Of a DNA stretch of 64,000 nucleotides, positions 38,950 through 50,192 are shown one piece after another. The notes below the pieces were generated by a model, which saw only the letters and a list, made by a program, of their open reading frames with translations, was not told the origin of the DNA and ran no database searches. The position numbers and the translations under genes were made by a program. The stretch lies in IMG/VR virus record IMGVR_UViG_3300033977_000108, positions 62,001 through 126,000 of that record, one strand, 5' to 3'. Position 1 is the first letter of the stretch. Each line of letters begins with the position of its first letter.

Positions 38950-41900
38950 TGTCTCTCTCTTTTTATATGGATGCCGAGTTGACGTTGCCTTTGAGCTATG
39001 CAACGGCAAAGCAGTTCTTGTTTCCGCTGGAGGGCGGGACCAGAACTACGTCTCTTTGGCTTGGCGATGAGAACCCAGGGACTTATTACACCTCCGTTAT
39101 ATCCGGTTCTAACATTAGAGTATCTGTTTGGGGCGGGCTATCTAATCCGCCAGACCCAATCGTTCAGGTAAGTTTCAAGCTGCCTACTTCTGATACCTTT
39201 GGTCTGCCCAGCGTTCCTCTCATACTGCCTGCCGACGCTATCTATGGCGGCATGGGCGGCGCCATAGAAGTGAATGTTCAAGTCGTGTTGCCAGCCGGTA
39301 CTCAACAAGAGATCACTGGCATACAGATAAGCTCCAGTCAAATGAAGGACCAGGTTGGGGACACTATTTCAGCTGCGGCTGCCTTGGACATCCTGCAAAT
39401 ACAAGATGGATTGACGCAGCGCTTACATCTACTGCCGGCAACAAGACAAGTATCCGCCGAACTTCCAGGATTTATCTATGGGCAGTATAGGTGGAGAGAT
39501 CAGACCACGATAAACGCTATCCCTCTTATCCCCCAGCATTGGGACCCTGATGTCGCAGCCATCGGCAGCCAGTCTTTTGCTTATGGCATAGGTGTAAATG
39601 ATGACCTGGAGCTGATAGATGTGGAAGAGCCGACTGACAGCAACTCTATCTATCCAAGAATACAGCATGGCGCCTTTTGGAATAACTACCTCAGATATTG
39701 GTTTCCGGCCGGTGGCTATGAGTTGGAGTTCTTACCAGTTGGCATTGGCGACCAGAGCATAGCCTCGCAGCCGTCTTTTACCTTACAACAGACGCCGAGA
39801 GAACTGTCTCCTGTCTTTGTTGGTACCTGGGCGTCAGATGACGCTGGCTTTTTTGATACCAATATTCAATACCGCTACATGTGCCAGGGCTTTGATACCA
39901 GCAACCGCCCGCCCTATAATCCTTATCAGTTCACCCTGGATAGAAAGACGAAGACGCTAACCTTGAATCAGGGACTGCCTAATGGGCAATTGCTGATAGG
40001 ATTGACTTCTGGTGAGGCCACTGACTATTTTGATTTGCCGCTACACCCCGTTGCTAGTATACTCAATGCTTGGGCAGCTGACCCACTGACTGCCAGTCAG
40101 ATAAGCATAAACTATACCTTCAATCAACAGAATGGGACAATAAGCACCAGTGCCGTATTGGATATCAACGGCAAGCCAAGACAAGGCCTTCCAATCTGGG
40201 TGGCTTATCAGCCCGCTGTAGCCGTTCTCTATGAGACTGGGGCATCTGATAACATACTGGTAAATGATGGCTCAATAGAACTCAACCCAGCATTCTCCGG
40301 CGTTGCCAATGGCTACTTGTATCTGCAAACTCGCAAGCAAAAGGCTGGGAGCATTATGCTGGCGGCGGATAAACCGCTTGTCGCGGAGCCGGCTGATAGC
40401 CTGATACCAAGCGGGATGGAAGTTTATGGGCCGGTCTATTATCAGAATGATTATGCTTTGCTAACAGCTACGGCCTATGCTTTTAGCCCTTGGGCCATCG
40501 CGCCTATACCGGCTGTTAATCCTTATGGCTTGACGGGCGGGCCAGTGATACAAACCAATGAAACTGTGCCAGCAGTTGAGATGCTGGTTATCCCGGGCCC
40601 TGATTGGTTCGGCGTCATCAACTATCAGGACCCTTCCCAAGAGGATGTCTATGTAACCACCGGCAGCGACGGCAAAGCAAACATGATCTATTTGCCAACT
40701 ATGGATTTTGGGCAATATTTACCATTATCCGATGCGAGTGGGGCCACATTGACGCTTGCCACCCCATTGGAGTATAGCGAAATCTATGATGCCGGAACGC
40801 AAACCTGGGTATTGAGCACTTATCTGGTGTACAATAACAACCCATACTATGGCCAAGTTCCAACGACAGCCTTGCGTGGGAGACAAGGCAATGGAGCCAC
40901 TGGCTACATAGAGAGTTTATCAGAACTATCAAATGCCTATGGTAATCCAGCTTCTTATGAAGGACCAATGAGTTTGCACTTTTGGTTCAAGCCGGCGGCG
41001 GCTCCACAAGTATCCCAAGCACAGGACTCCTATGAGTTTGGTGCAATGGGAACCGATGGCACCCCCAAAATGATGTTCCGTTGGAATACGACGGATACTT
41101 CAAATCCTGTCGCGGCAGTAGTAGGCCAGAGTGTCTCTGGAGGTAATATAGTCCAATCAAAAACAGTGGGCTATACTGATGGAGCCAAATGGTCTACGTT
41201 TACTTTTAATAGTGAGCCAACCGCAGGGAATACTATTGTATTTATTTTGAGCGGTACTTGGAGTGAGTGGCTGCTTGAATCTGTGTGGCCTTCGGGTTAT
41301 ACATGTATAACCGTTCTTGGTGGCCATGTAAACGCTGCCCCTATTATCGCGGTATTTACGCGGGTGGTACAATCAGGCGATAGCGCAACTACTAATTGGT
41401 ATATGGACTTGGACGGAGTTATCACGGGTTATGAGCTGCAGGGTACCCCAACTATAACGGCTCAAGTCAACTATACGGCTAATAATACAAATCTGTCAAC
41501 TGCGGTACTGGATTATCCGAATGCTTCATTTGTGTTTGCCGGCTTCGCTTGGGAATATTGGGGTGCTGCGAACTTCCTCACCCTAAATGATATTGCTCCG
41601 TCGGCTTATACATTACAGGAAAACTACGAAGTGCAGAATCAGTTTGGACAATATCCTGGGACGCAACAGTTTATGGCCACTCATCCAGTGCCTAATGCAG
41701 CCCTCACTGGTACTTTATCGGCGGCGGCAGATTTACAAGTGGCTTGGTATTCAGTTGCCGTAACCTATACTGGTTCGGCTGGCTCCCCGACAGTGATAAT
41801 CCCAGTGCCGGAAGCCTCGTGGCCAGCGACAGGAGCTTGGTGTGACGTAGCTATCGTGACCGCTAATGGCTCAAATTTTGATGTTTACATCAACAACAAT

Positions 41901-42929
41901 CTTGTTGCTTCCGGCTCGCTAACGGGCTCTCCTTATGCTCAGTTCTTGAACTTCATTGGTTTGTCAATGAATGGAACGGTAGGCTTCTCAGCAAATACTA
42001 TAGCAGACCCTGCATTTTGGACCTGCGCGCTGACTGGCGGAGATTTGGCTTCCTTGGTAGCTGGGGCAAATGCCGCGGGAATAGAACCTGATAGTCTTGT
42101 TTCTTACTGGCTATTCCAAGGCATCTCTCCGGAGATAGACTATAGCTACAGCGAGAATGACGGCACAGTAGTCGGAGCTATCCCTGTTCCTGGGCCGGCA
42201 AGCCTGACCACTATACCTGCCCCACTGACCCCTACGCAGCCTTCTAATCCAGGCGGCGGCGCTTTGTATGCGACGATAAGCTCAAATCCAGAGTCCATAC
42301 AAGAATCAGAGAGCTCCACACTTACTTGGACATCTGATAATGCGACGACGCTTTTATTGGGGCCGATGGCTTCCGGATCTTCGGACGCTACACCGGTTGA
42401 GGCTTCTGGCGCTTTGACCGTATCCCCAACGCAGTCTATGACTTATGGTTTATGGGCGTCTGGGGCGACATCCGAACTGATGAAAGCCAGGGTTATGGTA
42501 CCTTTTGTTTCTTCTACTACGCCCGGGGCTCCTGTATACACGCTGGGGACTGGTTATCGTATCTTATGGAAGGTTCAAGGGCAGCCGGTCTCACCAATTT
42601 ATGCCATTGATGACAAGGGGAACCACAGCAACTCTCCTCATTTTGATGGTACGGTTGTGGCTCTGGTTTATCCTTATGCCCTGCCCAACGATGCCTACGT
42701 CGCAGCGTTCTATGTGGATTACATAAGGACTGTATCACTGATGCTACAAGCGGTGGATAATCCCAACGTATTGAGTAACGTCATCTACATTCAAATGGGC
42801 CCGCCGCCAGAGATAGATGAAAACCCGTTCCTGATTATTCAGGATAAAATACAAGGCCGCATCAACTTGTATCGTGTCGGCGGAGCTTGGCCGACTGGTC
42901 TTGTAATCCCAGGGGGTATGATTGACTAA
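38949..42929 (+). CDS. Large baseplate/receptor-binding protein with a split LamG-like module and Ig-like domain
   Basis: LHFWFKP..WCDVAI..VYINN..LVSYWLF resembles the ORF1 LamG domain; SSTLTWTS..SPTQSMTY Ig-like. Confidence 0.65.
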   Translation: MSLSFYMDAELTLPLSYATAKQFLFPLEGGTRTTSLWLGDENPGTYYTSVISGSNIRVSVWGGLSNPPDPIVQVSFKLPTSDTFGLPSVPLILPADAIYGGMGGAIEVNVQVVLPAGTQQEITGIQISSSQMKDQVGDTISAAAALDILQIQDGLTQRLHLLPATRQVSAELPGFIYGQYRWRDQTTINAIPLIPQHWDPDVAAIGSQSFAYGIGVNDDLELIDVEEPTDSNSIYPRIQHGAFWNNYLRYWFPAGGYELEFLPVGIGDQSIASQPSFTLQQTPRELSPVFVGTWASDDAGFFDTNIQYRYMCQGFDTSNRPPYNPYQFTLDRKTKTLTLNQGLPNGQLLIGLTSGEATDYFDLPLHPVASILNAWAADPLTASQISINYTFNQQNGTISTSAVLDINGKPRQGLPIWVAYQPAVAVLYETGASDNILVNDGSIELNPAFSGVANGYLYLQTRKQKAGSIMLAADKPLVAEPADSLIPSGMEVYGPVYYQNDYALLTATAYAFSPWAIAPIPAVNPYGLTGGPVIQTNETVPAVEMLVIPGPDWFGVINYQDPSQEDVYVTTGSDGKANMIYLPTMDFGQYLPLSDASGATLTLATPLEYSEIYDAGTQTWVLSTYLVYNNNPYYGQVPTTALRGRQGNGATGYIESLSELSNAYGNPASYEGPMSLHFWFKPAAAPQVSQAQDSYEFGAMGTDGTPKMMFRWNTTDTSNPVAAVVGQSVSGGNIVQSKTVGYTDGAKWSTFTFNSEPTAGNTIVFILSGTWSEWLLESVWPSGYTCITVLGGHVNAAPIIAVFTRVVQSGDSATTNWYMDLDGVITGYELQGTPTITAQVNYTANNTNLSTAVLDYPNASFVFAGFAWEYWGAANFLTLNDIAPSAYTLQENYEVQNQFGQYPGTQQFMATHPVPNAALTGTLSAAADLQVAWYSVAVTYTGSAGSPTVIIPVPEASWPATGAWCDVAIVTANGSNFDVYINNNLVASGSLTGSPYAQFLNFIGLSMNGTVGFSANTIADPAFWTCALTGGDLASLVAGANAAGIEPDSLVSYWLFQGISPEIDYSYSENDGTVVGAIPVPGPASLTTIPAPLTPTQPSNPGGGALYATISSNPESIQESESSTLTWTSDNATTLLLGPMASGSSDATPVEASGALTVSPTQSMTYGLWASGATSELMKARVMVPFVSSTTPGAPVYTLGTGYRILWKVQGQPVSPIYAIDDKGNHSNSPHFDGTVVALVYPYALPNDAYVAAFYVDYIRTVSLMLQAVDNPNVLSNVIYIQMGPPPEIDENPFLIIQDKIQGRINLYRVGGAWPTGLVIPGGMID

Positions 42930-42940
42930 GAGGTAAATGT

Positions 42941-44698
42941 ATGGCAAATCCTAATGCTTATAGAACGGTTGATTATCTCGGCGGCCGATATTTGGAAGCG
43001 CGAGAACTGCTGAAACAGCAGGCAATAGATACGCAGACTGAAGAGCAGGGTCTTGGTGCTCTCTATAGGACCGGCGCCGTATTCAACATTACGCCGACCG
43101 TCTCTGGTCAATCTGTTGTCTTGGTGCCTACTAATTCATCGCTGCCTATGCAGGTGATGCTCAATGGCAACTTTGAACCATTGGTTGATGCTACTGGTGC
43201 GCCATTGGCTTCCATTGCCCTGGATTACTCGGCTGGAACGAGCGTTGGTGTGTATCTGAATTATGAAATTCACATCGTTTCTTGGGGGACATCCTGGACG
43301 CTAAATACAGACCCTACGCTTCTGGATCCTATTACCGGCGAACCGACGGCAAACATGGGTGAGCTACGGATGACGGTTACAAATAACCCCACCTTGCCTA
43401 TTTTGGATCCCACCACCCAACTGGAAGTCAATACCTCGGTGATTACGCTATTTGGCGTTACTTATAGCGGCGGAGTGCCACAAGTTCAATGGCTGAACAA
43501 TGCTAACTATCAGGCTTTAGCTACAGGATTGACTGCTGGATTAGTTAGCCTGACGGATAATACGGGTGACCCCGGCATTGCGGTTGCAGACGATGATTAT
43601 CGGCTCTATAATGAGCGCGTGCCTGTGGATGGCTCGGTAACCGACATCAAAGTAGCTGCTATCACTACTACAGACGGGCATACTGTATCTCCCAGCAACA
43701 CGGGTGGAATAACTTCTGATAAAATAATCTATACCACCTGGAATGATGTCTTGACGTGGGTGTTGGACACATTCAACAGCTGGATAACTGCGCTACAGAA
43801 TGCCTTTTATAATCAACACCAGGGACAAGTATTAGGAGAGCCGGGTACCACACAAGCAAGCTTGGTACATCCTATACCAGCCTCTTATTTGACTGGCAAT
43901 TTCGCTCCTCTTTCTCACGTTGGCTTGCCGATGGATTTATCCACCTCCCACCAGCCGCTGATAAATAGTGATACCGATGGCTTTGTTGTGGTAGATACCG
44001 GAGCCAACCCAGATGATTGGTCATTCTTGACACATAATGGGTCTGTCGCACCGCCTTCTTCTTCTATCACTGGAAGCAATGGGGTAGCTGGTATTACCCA
44101 CGGAGGCGATGGTTTCTATAGCGCAGCCAATGCCTATTCTGTGACCCCTGGCGGCAATTCGCCGGATGGCACCGCCATGTATACAGGGACAATCGGCTGG
44201 ATAAGCAACTTGGCACATACGCTGGAACAGCATGTCAACCAGAACTCGCACGCCAATCCACACGGCTTGACTTGTGCCGATATTGGCGCCGCCACGGTAA
44301 CTTATGTGGATTCTCTCCATTACCCGATGACCGAGGAATTGTTCCTCGGCTATTATGGCTCGGGACAAAGTGTCGCAGTAGCAGACATCCCGGACAAGTT
44401 TATAAGTCCTTTGACTGGCTATCAATACAGCCAGACCGATGTGGTGAAATACAAGTATGTTATGACCAGCACCAGGCCTGCAGCCGGCGGTAGCGAAGGA
44501 CAAATGACAGACCCAGGCGCTTCTGGCACGAATCCGGCTGGAACGAACTATGTGCTTTATTCTGTAACGTTCCAGGTCAATGCGAGCACCCTTGTTACTT
44601 ATAACCAGGTGGCTTATTGGGGAGTAAATGGGGCAGATGCCGAAGAAAAGGATTATCAGGGCTATGGCGAAGTCTATGCCCTTTGTCAGAGGTCCTAA
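42941..44698 (+). CDS. Tail fibre/baseplate protein (DUF4815-like N-terminus)
   Basis: GRYLEARELLKQQ; fibre motif HVNQNSHANPHGLTCADIGAA. Confidence 0.6.
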   Translation: MANPNAYRTVDYLGGRYLEARELLKQQAIDTQTEEQGLGALYRTGAVFNITPTVSGQSVVLVPTNSSLPMQVMLNGNFEPLVDATGAPLASIALDYSAGTSVGVYLNYEIHIVSWGTSWTLNTDPTLLDPITGEPTANMGELRMTVTNNPTLPILDPTTQLEVNTSVITLFGVTYSGGVPQVQWLNNANYQALATGLTAGLVSLTDNTGDPGIAVADDDYRLYNERVPVDGSVTDIKVAAITTTDGHTVSPSNTGGITSDKIIYTTWNDVLTWVLDTFNSWITALQNAFYNQHQGQVLGEPGTTQASLVHPIPASYLTGNFAPLSHVGLPMDLSTSHQPLINSDTDGFVVVDTGANPDDWSFLTHNGSVAPPSSSITGSNGVAGITHGGDGFYSAANAYSVTPGGNSPDGTAMYTGTIGWISNLAHTLEQHVNQNSHANPHGLTCADIGAATVTYVDSLHYPMTEELFLGYYGSGQSVAVADIPDKFISPLTGYQYSQTDVVKYKYVMTSTRPAAGGSEGQMTDPGASGTNPAGTNYVLYSVTFQVNASTLVTYNQVAYWGVNGADAEEKDYQGYGEVYALCQRS

Positions 44699-46233
44699 TG
44701 GCTAATCAGGACATTTTCCATCTCTATTACGCGCAGAATCTGCCGCCTCGTTCGGTGGCTATTGCTCAGTTGAGCACGCCGATAATGACGCCGGCTGACT
44801 TGATAGATGTAAGCAATAACCCTATTCTACAAGGCGCCCTGACGGTGGAGACTTATCCGCCTGCCAACTTCTTTACCGCCCCGGACTTGAATGTTCCCAT
44901 GCAGATTTCTGGGGAGACCAGTTATGTAGTAGGCAGCCAGTTCTTTCTACTATCGGACCAAGTGGCGGATGATGGGATTACCCCTTATTGGTATTGCCAT
45001 GATTTGCCGGTTACTTCTGCAGCGATTTATGATTTGAATGGCAATGGAATAAATCTGTCCGAATATACCATTCGGCAGGTATACAGAGATGGTGTGCTGC
45101 ACAATTACCTCCTGCATTCCTTGGATGGGGCGCCTTACTTTGTAAAATACATAGACCCCAATGGCTTCCCTACGACCCAATTGTTGCAGTACATGCCGGT
45201 GATACAGCGTTCGCTTTATGCCAGCACAGCCACTACGTATACTCTAACCGGTTCCATTCTCGAAGTAGAGGATAGCAGCGCTTACTGGATAATGTTTACC
45301 GACTATGGCGGCTTTGAGGTGTTGCCTCCGTATGGCGATTTACCTAATGATCCGTGGTATGTCCGCATCAATTATCCATTGAATCCATTGCCATTGGAGT
45401 ATGGTATGCAGCTTTTTGATCCTAAGCTACCGTACATGTTTGCTTCTTGGGTGCCCGGCGTTGTGTATAAGAACAACGTCATCCAGTTTGAAAGAAAAGA
45501 TATCTCTTTTGATGGCATTCATTTTCCGGATGTTCTAGTGTATAGTTCTGATTACCAGCTGAAATATGCCCTGGCGGGAAGTCCGTACAGAGGCTATGAG
45601 TATCCCTGGCGCCAGAATCAGATAATACCAGCAGGTATTGAGCCTTATTCAGCCACGGTCCAGACCCTTGTAGCTTTGGATACTACGGATATTGTATTCG
45701 GGTTTTATAATTACGCTGAATACAAGATACTCTATACCGACCTGGATGTGAATCCGTTCACCAATCCAAGCGTGCGGAACATGGAGATAAGTTTCATCTA
45801 TAATCCAAATGGGCCGGTAGCAAATAAAGTCATCTACCATCAAGTAGTAGACCCCCTAACTGGGGAACAGGTTGCTCCTGCTTATGACCCATTGTCTACG
45901 ACTGGACCAGAAAGTCCGCAGGTTTTCGGCTATGTGGTTCCCGGAGCCGAAGTAAGCGTTGGTAGTTATACCATTCAAGACGCGCGCGTTAGAGGCGGCG
46001 GGCTCATACCAACATCCCAAGACATACCCCAAGCAGCAAACTTCTGGGATTTGGGTTATTGGGATGGCAAGCCCTATCCCATAGGAGGTGGCTTGGTCAT
46101 CTATTTGCCAACTTCCATAGAGCAACGCTTTACGCCGGGCCAGCTATTAGCCAAGGCACAAGCTATAGTGCCTATGGGCGTTTTGCCGGTGGTGCGCTTT
46201 TATAATTCCGAAGGCGAGGAATCTAATGCTTAA
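44698..46233 (+). CDS. Virion structural protein
   Basis: TAATG-coupled start at 44698; C-terminal DARVRGGGL..WDLGYWDG.PYP. Confidence 0.6.
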   Translation: MANQDIFHLYYAQNLPPRSVAIAQLSTPIMTPADLIDVSNNPILQGALTVETYPPANFFTAPDLNVPMQISGETSYVVGSQFFLLSDQVADDGITPYWYCHDLPVTSAAIYDLNGNGINLSEYTIRQVYRDGVLHNYLLHSLDGAPYFVKYIDPNGFPTTQLLQYMPVIQRSLYASTATTYTLTGSILEVEDSSAYWIMFTDYGGFEVLPPYGDLPNDPWYVRINYPLNPLPLEYGMQLFDPKLPYMFASWVPGVVYKNNVIQFERKDISFDGIHFPDVLVYSSDYQLKYALAGSPYRGYEYPWRQNQIIPAGIEPYSATVQTLVALDTTDIVFGFYNYAEYKILYTDLDVNPFTNPSVRNMEISFIYNPNGPVANKVIYHQVVDPLTGEQVAPAYDPLSTTGPESPQVFGYVVPGAEVSVGSYTIQDARVRGGGLIPTSQDIPQAANFWDLGYWDGKPYPIGGGLVIYLPTSIEQRFTPGQLLAKAQAIVPMGVLPVVRFYNSEGEESNA

Positions 46234-46720
46234 TCTTCAATGGTCACAGAATGGGGTCCTGATTAGCGGGTATAATTATCAGACCAATGTCTGGGTAAAT
46301 GAACAAATAAACTATGGTATCCTATTCCCAGATATGACTACCCCTGCCCAGAAGATTACTTTGGCTTCCTCGGCGGCGCAGGAAGCCGGACAGACACTGA
46401 CCAATGTAAGCTTATACTTGGATGGGGCTGCTGACGAAATCGAAGAGATACAATTGAACTGGCCTGCCAAAGGTGGCGGGCTACAGGTAAGCTTTGATGG
46501 CGGGGTGACCTATAATACCTTTTCCTTGGTCTATGGATACAAAGGTGATAGCACTACTTGGCCCATCCTTCCGGCCGGCTCAATGAGCCTGGATGCTTCG
46601 GATGGAATAATACGGCCGATAGATACAGCAACTTTATTGATACGCTGCGTCGTGCCAGCCAGCGCAGAGTTGTATGAGATTTTCTCTCTGCATATTGAAA
46701 TCAGCTGTGATGTGGTATAA
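46226..46720 (+). CDS. Virion structural protein
   Basis: Overlapping coupled ORF; VSFDGG.T (Asp-box-like). Confidence 0.55.
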   Translation: MLNLQWSQNGVLISGYNYQTNVWVNEQINYGILFPDMTTPAQKITLASSAAQEAGQTLTNVSLYLDGAADEIEEIQLNWPAKGGGLQVSFDGGVTYNTFSLVYGYKGDSTTWPILPAGSMSLDASDGIIRPIDTATLLIRCVVPASAELYEIFSLHIEISCDVV

Positions 46721-46722
46721 TT

Positions 46723-48684
46723 ATGAATCTCTTGGGACCTTACAGCAGCAATTTGGCGGCGTTTTCCTATCAGGAATTAGTCTCTCTGCTTCAGCAGGCG
46801 ATTGCTGCTGGTGAATACGCTGGTGGTACTTTATTTGATAGTGAGAGCGCAGCAGCTTTGCAATCGCTGGCTACCTCTTTTGCCAGCCTGCCGCTCCCGA
46901 GCGCAGAAGAGAGAGCAATAGCTGACCAAGTAAATACACCGCTCAATCTTCTGATAGCTCGATACAACGCCATAACAAGCGAGGTCTCTGACTTCCAGAC
47001 ACAGCTAAACAATCTGCTGTCAATCCTATACAAAGATTCCTATTTGATAGTACAGACTTTGAATGCTTCTATAGGGAATAATTGGGCTGCCCAGCAGCCT
47101 ATAATCGCTGGAGCAATACAGTTCAGCTGGGATTTCTCGGCAGGTTATGGGAATGTGACATTTGATATCCCAAGAACGGACCCTTCCAATGGCGTAGAAT
47201 ACGATACCATTCTGCCATTGAAAACCTTATTCAATGGTACAGACATTGTTGGCGGCTTGGCGGCGCCTTCCAATGATACTCAATTCGCGGTAAAGAATCT
47301 GAATTGGGTATACTCTTTTAATGCGCAGACAGAGACAGCCAGCGGAGATGACTGGACGGAGTTTAGCCTATTGGCTAATGCCCCGCTAATGACTTATAGC
47401 AGCACGCCGCAAATGTCCACTGTTATACCTATTGGCGGCGATGCGACGCAATTCTTTATCGCGGGCGGGCAGTCAACCGTTGGCAATTTGCCTATCTATG
47501 TTCAGATTAGCTTTATTGAACGGGCTCGTGTTGTCTCTGTGAATGCCGTGGCCAATCAATCGGTGCAGTTATCGTCTTATACTATTTCTGTGACCGATTC
47601 GGCTGTCTATAGCCCTGGCGTAGAATACGTGCTGAATACAGACTATACCCTGACTAATAGCGGGCAATTTACGCCGCTAGCTTCTTTGAACGGGCTCACC
47701 GTAAATGTATTAGTATCAGAATTCTATCCAGCTTATCAGTGCTCTATCAATCAGAATGATTGGAGCCTGCCTGTTATGTTGGATACCGCGCGGCTGTATC
47801 CCGACAATACCACGGAGTTTGTGCCCGTTGATTTGATTACTACTTCTAATGGGAGCCTGGCGTTTCCTGTGACAGATGAGGATGGTGTGTCGTTGGGACT
47901 ATGGATACAAATGATAGCTCCACCTGATTCAGAAATGGTGTTCTCGATAGCTTCGCCAGCAGCCCCCAGCTATGGCGCCCAGGCTGAACTGGATGTGGAG
48001 TTTGAAAAGCCTGGCTACATGACGGGTTTCAATCTCGGCTCATTCACTAACTTCCCGCCAACTCTGACCGGCGTGGTTTTAGAGGGCTTGGTGCCGGCGA
48101 ACAATGTAGCTTTACCGATGACGCCCGTCGTGCTAAACCAAGAAACAACGCTCACTTTTCCTACCCAACTGGTGCGTAGGGTGCGATTGCTGCTGACACA
48201 GACAAACTATTCCTTAAAAGAATACCAAGCAACGGCTCCCGACGCCCTTCGTAGGGATACCTTGGCTAATCTTCAAGCGGTTCTGCCTTTCGCCATTCGT
48301 AATACGCAGCCTGCCTTGCCAGTATTTTATGAAGGTGCCGAATATGATTTCGGCATTGAGAACTTGTATGGGCTGCTATCTGAACCAAGATTGCCAGGCG
48401 TATTTATAGTGGGGCCTTTCAATATAACTGGCGTGCCGGAAATCCTTCGGCTGGATACCCAGACGACAGGCGATGTGGATACTTATCTGACTTACCAGAG
48501 CTTTGATGCTAATGGAAATCAATTAGCAGATGCTTCAGCAGAGATACCTTTCTTGCCGGCTACTTCTATGGTATTCCCGCCGACTGACTCGGCTATATAT
48601 AGTGTCACGCTCTATTTGAAGTTTGTGCTTAGGGACCAGACCAGTATGGTAAGCCGGTATCTTTTGCAAGCGACGGTGGCTTAA
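46723..48684 (+). CDS. Virion structural protein (N-terminal helical/coiled coil, beta-rich body)
   Basis: 653-aa ORF in the operon. Confidence 0.6.
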   Translation: MNLLGPYSSNLAAFSYQELVSLLQQAIAAGEYAGGTLFDSESAAALQSLATSFASLPLPSAEERAIADQVNTPLNLLIARYNAITSEVSDFQTQLNNLLSILYKDSYLIVQTLNASIGNNWAAQQPIIAGAIQFSWDFSAGYGNVTFDIPRTDPSNGVEYDTILPLKTLFNGTDIVGGLAAPSNDTQFAVKNLNWVYSFNAQTETASGDDWTEFSLLANAPLMTYSSTPQMSTVIPIGGDATQFFIAGGQSTVGNLPIYVQISFIERARVVSVNAVANQSVQLSSYTISVTDSAVYSPGVEYVLNTDYTLTNSGQFTPLASLNGLTVNVLVSEFYPAYQCSINQNDWSLPVMLDTARLYPDNTTEFVPVDLITTSNGSLAFPVTDEDGVSLGLWIQMIAPPDSEMVFSIASPAAPSYGAQAELDVEFEKPGYMTGFNLGSFTNFPPTLTGVVLEGLVPANNVALPMTPVVLNQETTLTFPTQLVRRVRLLLTQTNYSLKEYQATAPDALRRDTLANLQAVLPFAIRNTQPALPVFYEGAEYDFGIENLYGLLSEPRLPGVFIVGPFNITGVPEILRLDTQTTGDVDTYLTYQSFDANGNQLADASAEIPFLPATSMVFPPTDSAIYSVTLYLKFVLRDQTSMVSRYLLQATVA

Positions 48685-50192
48685 TGTTTAACGACCCAAA
48701 TGATTTATTTCAGGACAATTCGGAGACGGTAAATGCTTTGCTACAGGCTAGGCTGACGGCGCTACAGCAAACACTGCGCAGTATTGTCTATTACACGCGT
48801 GAGGATTATCAGGCGGCTGTCTATAGTGCATTGAACGCCGTATTGAATTTGGGTAATAACATGACGCCTTTGCAGCTAATACACGCGGGCACGCCAGCCA
48901 TCGTAGGCAACCTGGAGAATAATTTGAGCATCCTAAATAACGATGCCCAATCCATCGTTGCGCAGATAACCGACTTGGAAAGCCAGGCTTCGGAGCTGTA
49001 TAATCTGTCTGCTCTGACTCAGAACTCCCTCCGACAACAAATACGCGAAAGATTGCTGTTCCCAACCTCGCAGTTTTATGTTGGGCCATTCTTGAATCAG
49101 AATAACTTGGATTCAACCAAGACCACAGCCGCTCTTGATTACTCTATAGGACTGGCGACTTTACCTCTTATCTCCGAGACGGCGCTTACCCCAGATGCTA
49201 TTGAGGTGGGTCCGTCCAGCTTAGGCTCCATGGCTTCAGGGAGTTCGGCTAGCCAGATGATTAGCCCAACGCTGGGCACCGTAATGACTTGGAATGGCGC
49301 CCAATTGGAATTGAGAATAGAATTTGATACTCCACAAATAGTGAACCGATTGGAACTTGTACAAGATAACTATCAAGGCTTGTATTTACAAGAATTTACA
49401 TGCTCTGATACTGGATCCAACCAGGACAACATTATTAGCAACTTGACCGAATCGCAGCTTTTGCTGAATGCTTCCAGCGGGAAGTTTACAGGCAACTTTA
49501 TTCTTGATTTCCCGCCGCGCACAATAACAGAGCTTCGGTTAGTACTTCAGGACATAACAGGCCAGAACCTGATAGCTCTGCGTGGGATAAATGTATCACA
49601 GAGATTATACGATACCCAGGCGACTGTTCAATCAAACTCTATAAGCCAACCAAGTGGCGAGGTCTACTTCAATGTGAGCCAAAACGTGGCAACGCCATTG
49701 GTGAACATCACCCATTTGATTTCCTACGATGATGTTCATTTTCAGGCGATTACCCCTGGCAGTAAGATTACACTCACCAGTTCTCCTTTCTGGTATCAGG
49801 CCGCCCTTAGTCGGATGACTAACATTTCCGAGCTGACTGGGCCCTTATTGACAACCACAGACCCAGGGCTCAATCCGAATTATAATCTGGTGTCGTCTAC
49901 TACTATCAATCTGGGCGCAAACATCGTACAGCGTTCGCTGGTGTTTTCTTCTATAAATGGGCCCCTCACTTTTATAGATGACCCGTTGTCTGGCACTTTT
50001 GCCGTGTATCAAGGGGCCAATCTAATGAGTTCATCCAGCTATACTTTCAATGATAATGTCTTGCTCTTTCCTAATGTGATGCAGAACATTACCGTGACTT
50101 ATCAGGCTTCTACTACGGGGACGGCAGGTTTACAGTCAAGATTGCAGTACTTTTCACCTTACCTTTATCAAGTGAGTTTTGAACAATTATGA
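48684..50192 (+). CDS. Virion structural protein (coiled coil + discoidin-like domain)
   Basis: LRIEFDTPQIVNRLEL..LDFPPRTITELRL. Confidence 0.6.
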   Translation: MFNDPNDLFQDNSETVNALLQARLTALQQTLRSIVYYTREDYQAAVYSALNAVLNLGNNMTPLQLIHAGTPAIVGNLENNLSILNNDAQSIVAQITDLESQASELYNLSALTQNSLRQQIRERLLFPTSQFYVGPFLNQNNLDSTKTTAALDYSIGLATLPLISETALTPDAIEVGPSSLGSMASGSSASQMISPTLGTVMTWNGAQLELRIEFDTPQIVNRLELVQDNYQGLYLQEFTCSDTGSNQDNIISNLTESQLLLNASSGKFTGNFILDFPPRTITELRLVLQDITGQNLIALRGINVSQRLYDTQATVQSNSISQPSGEVYFNVSQNVATPLVNITHLISYDDVHFQAITPGSKITLTSSPFWYQAALSRMTNISELTGPLLTTTDPGLNPNYNLVSSTTINLGANIVQRSLVFSSINGPLTFIDDPLSGTFAVYQGANLMSSSSYTFNDNVLLFPNVMQNITVTYQASTTGTAGLQSRLQYFSPYLYQVSFEQL

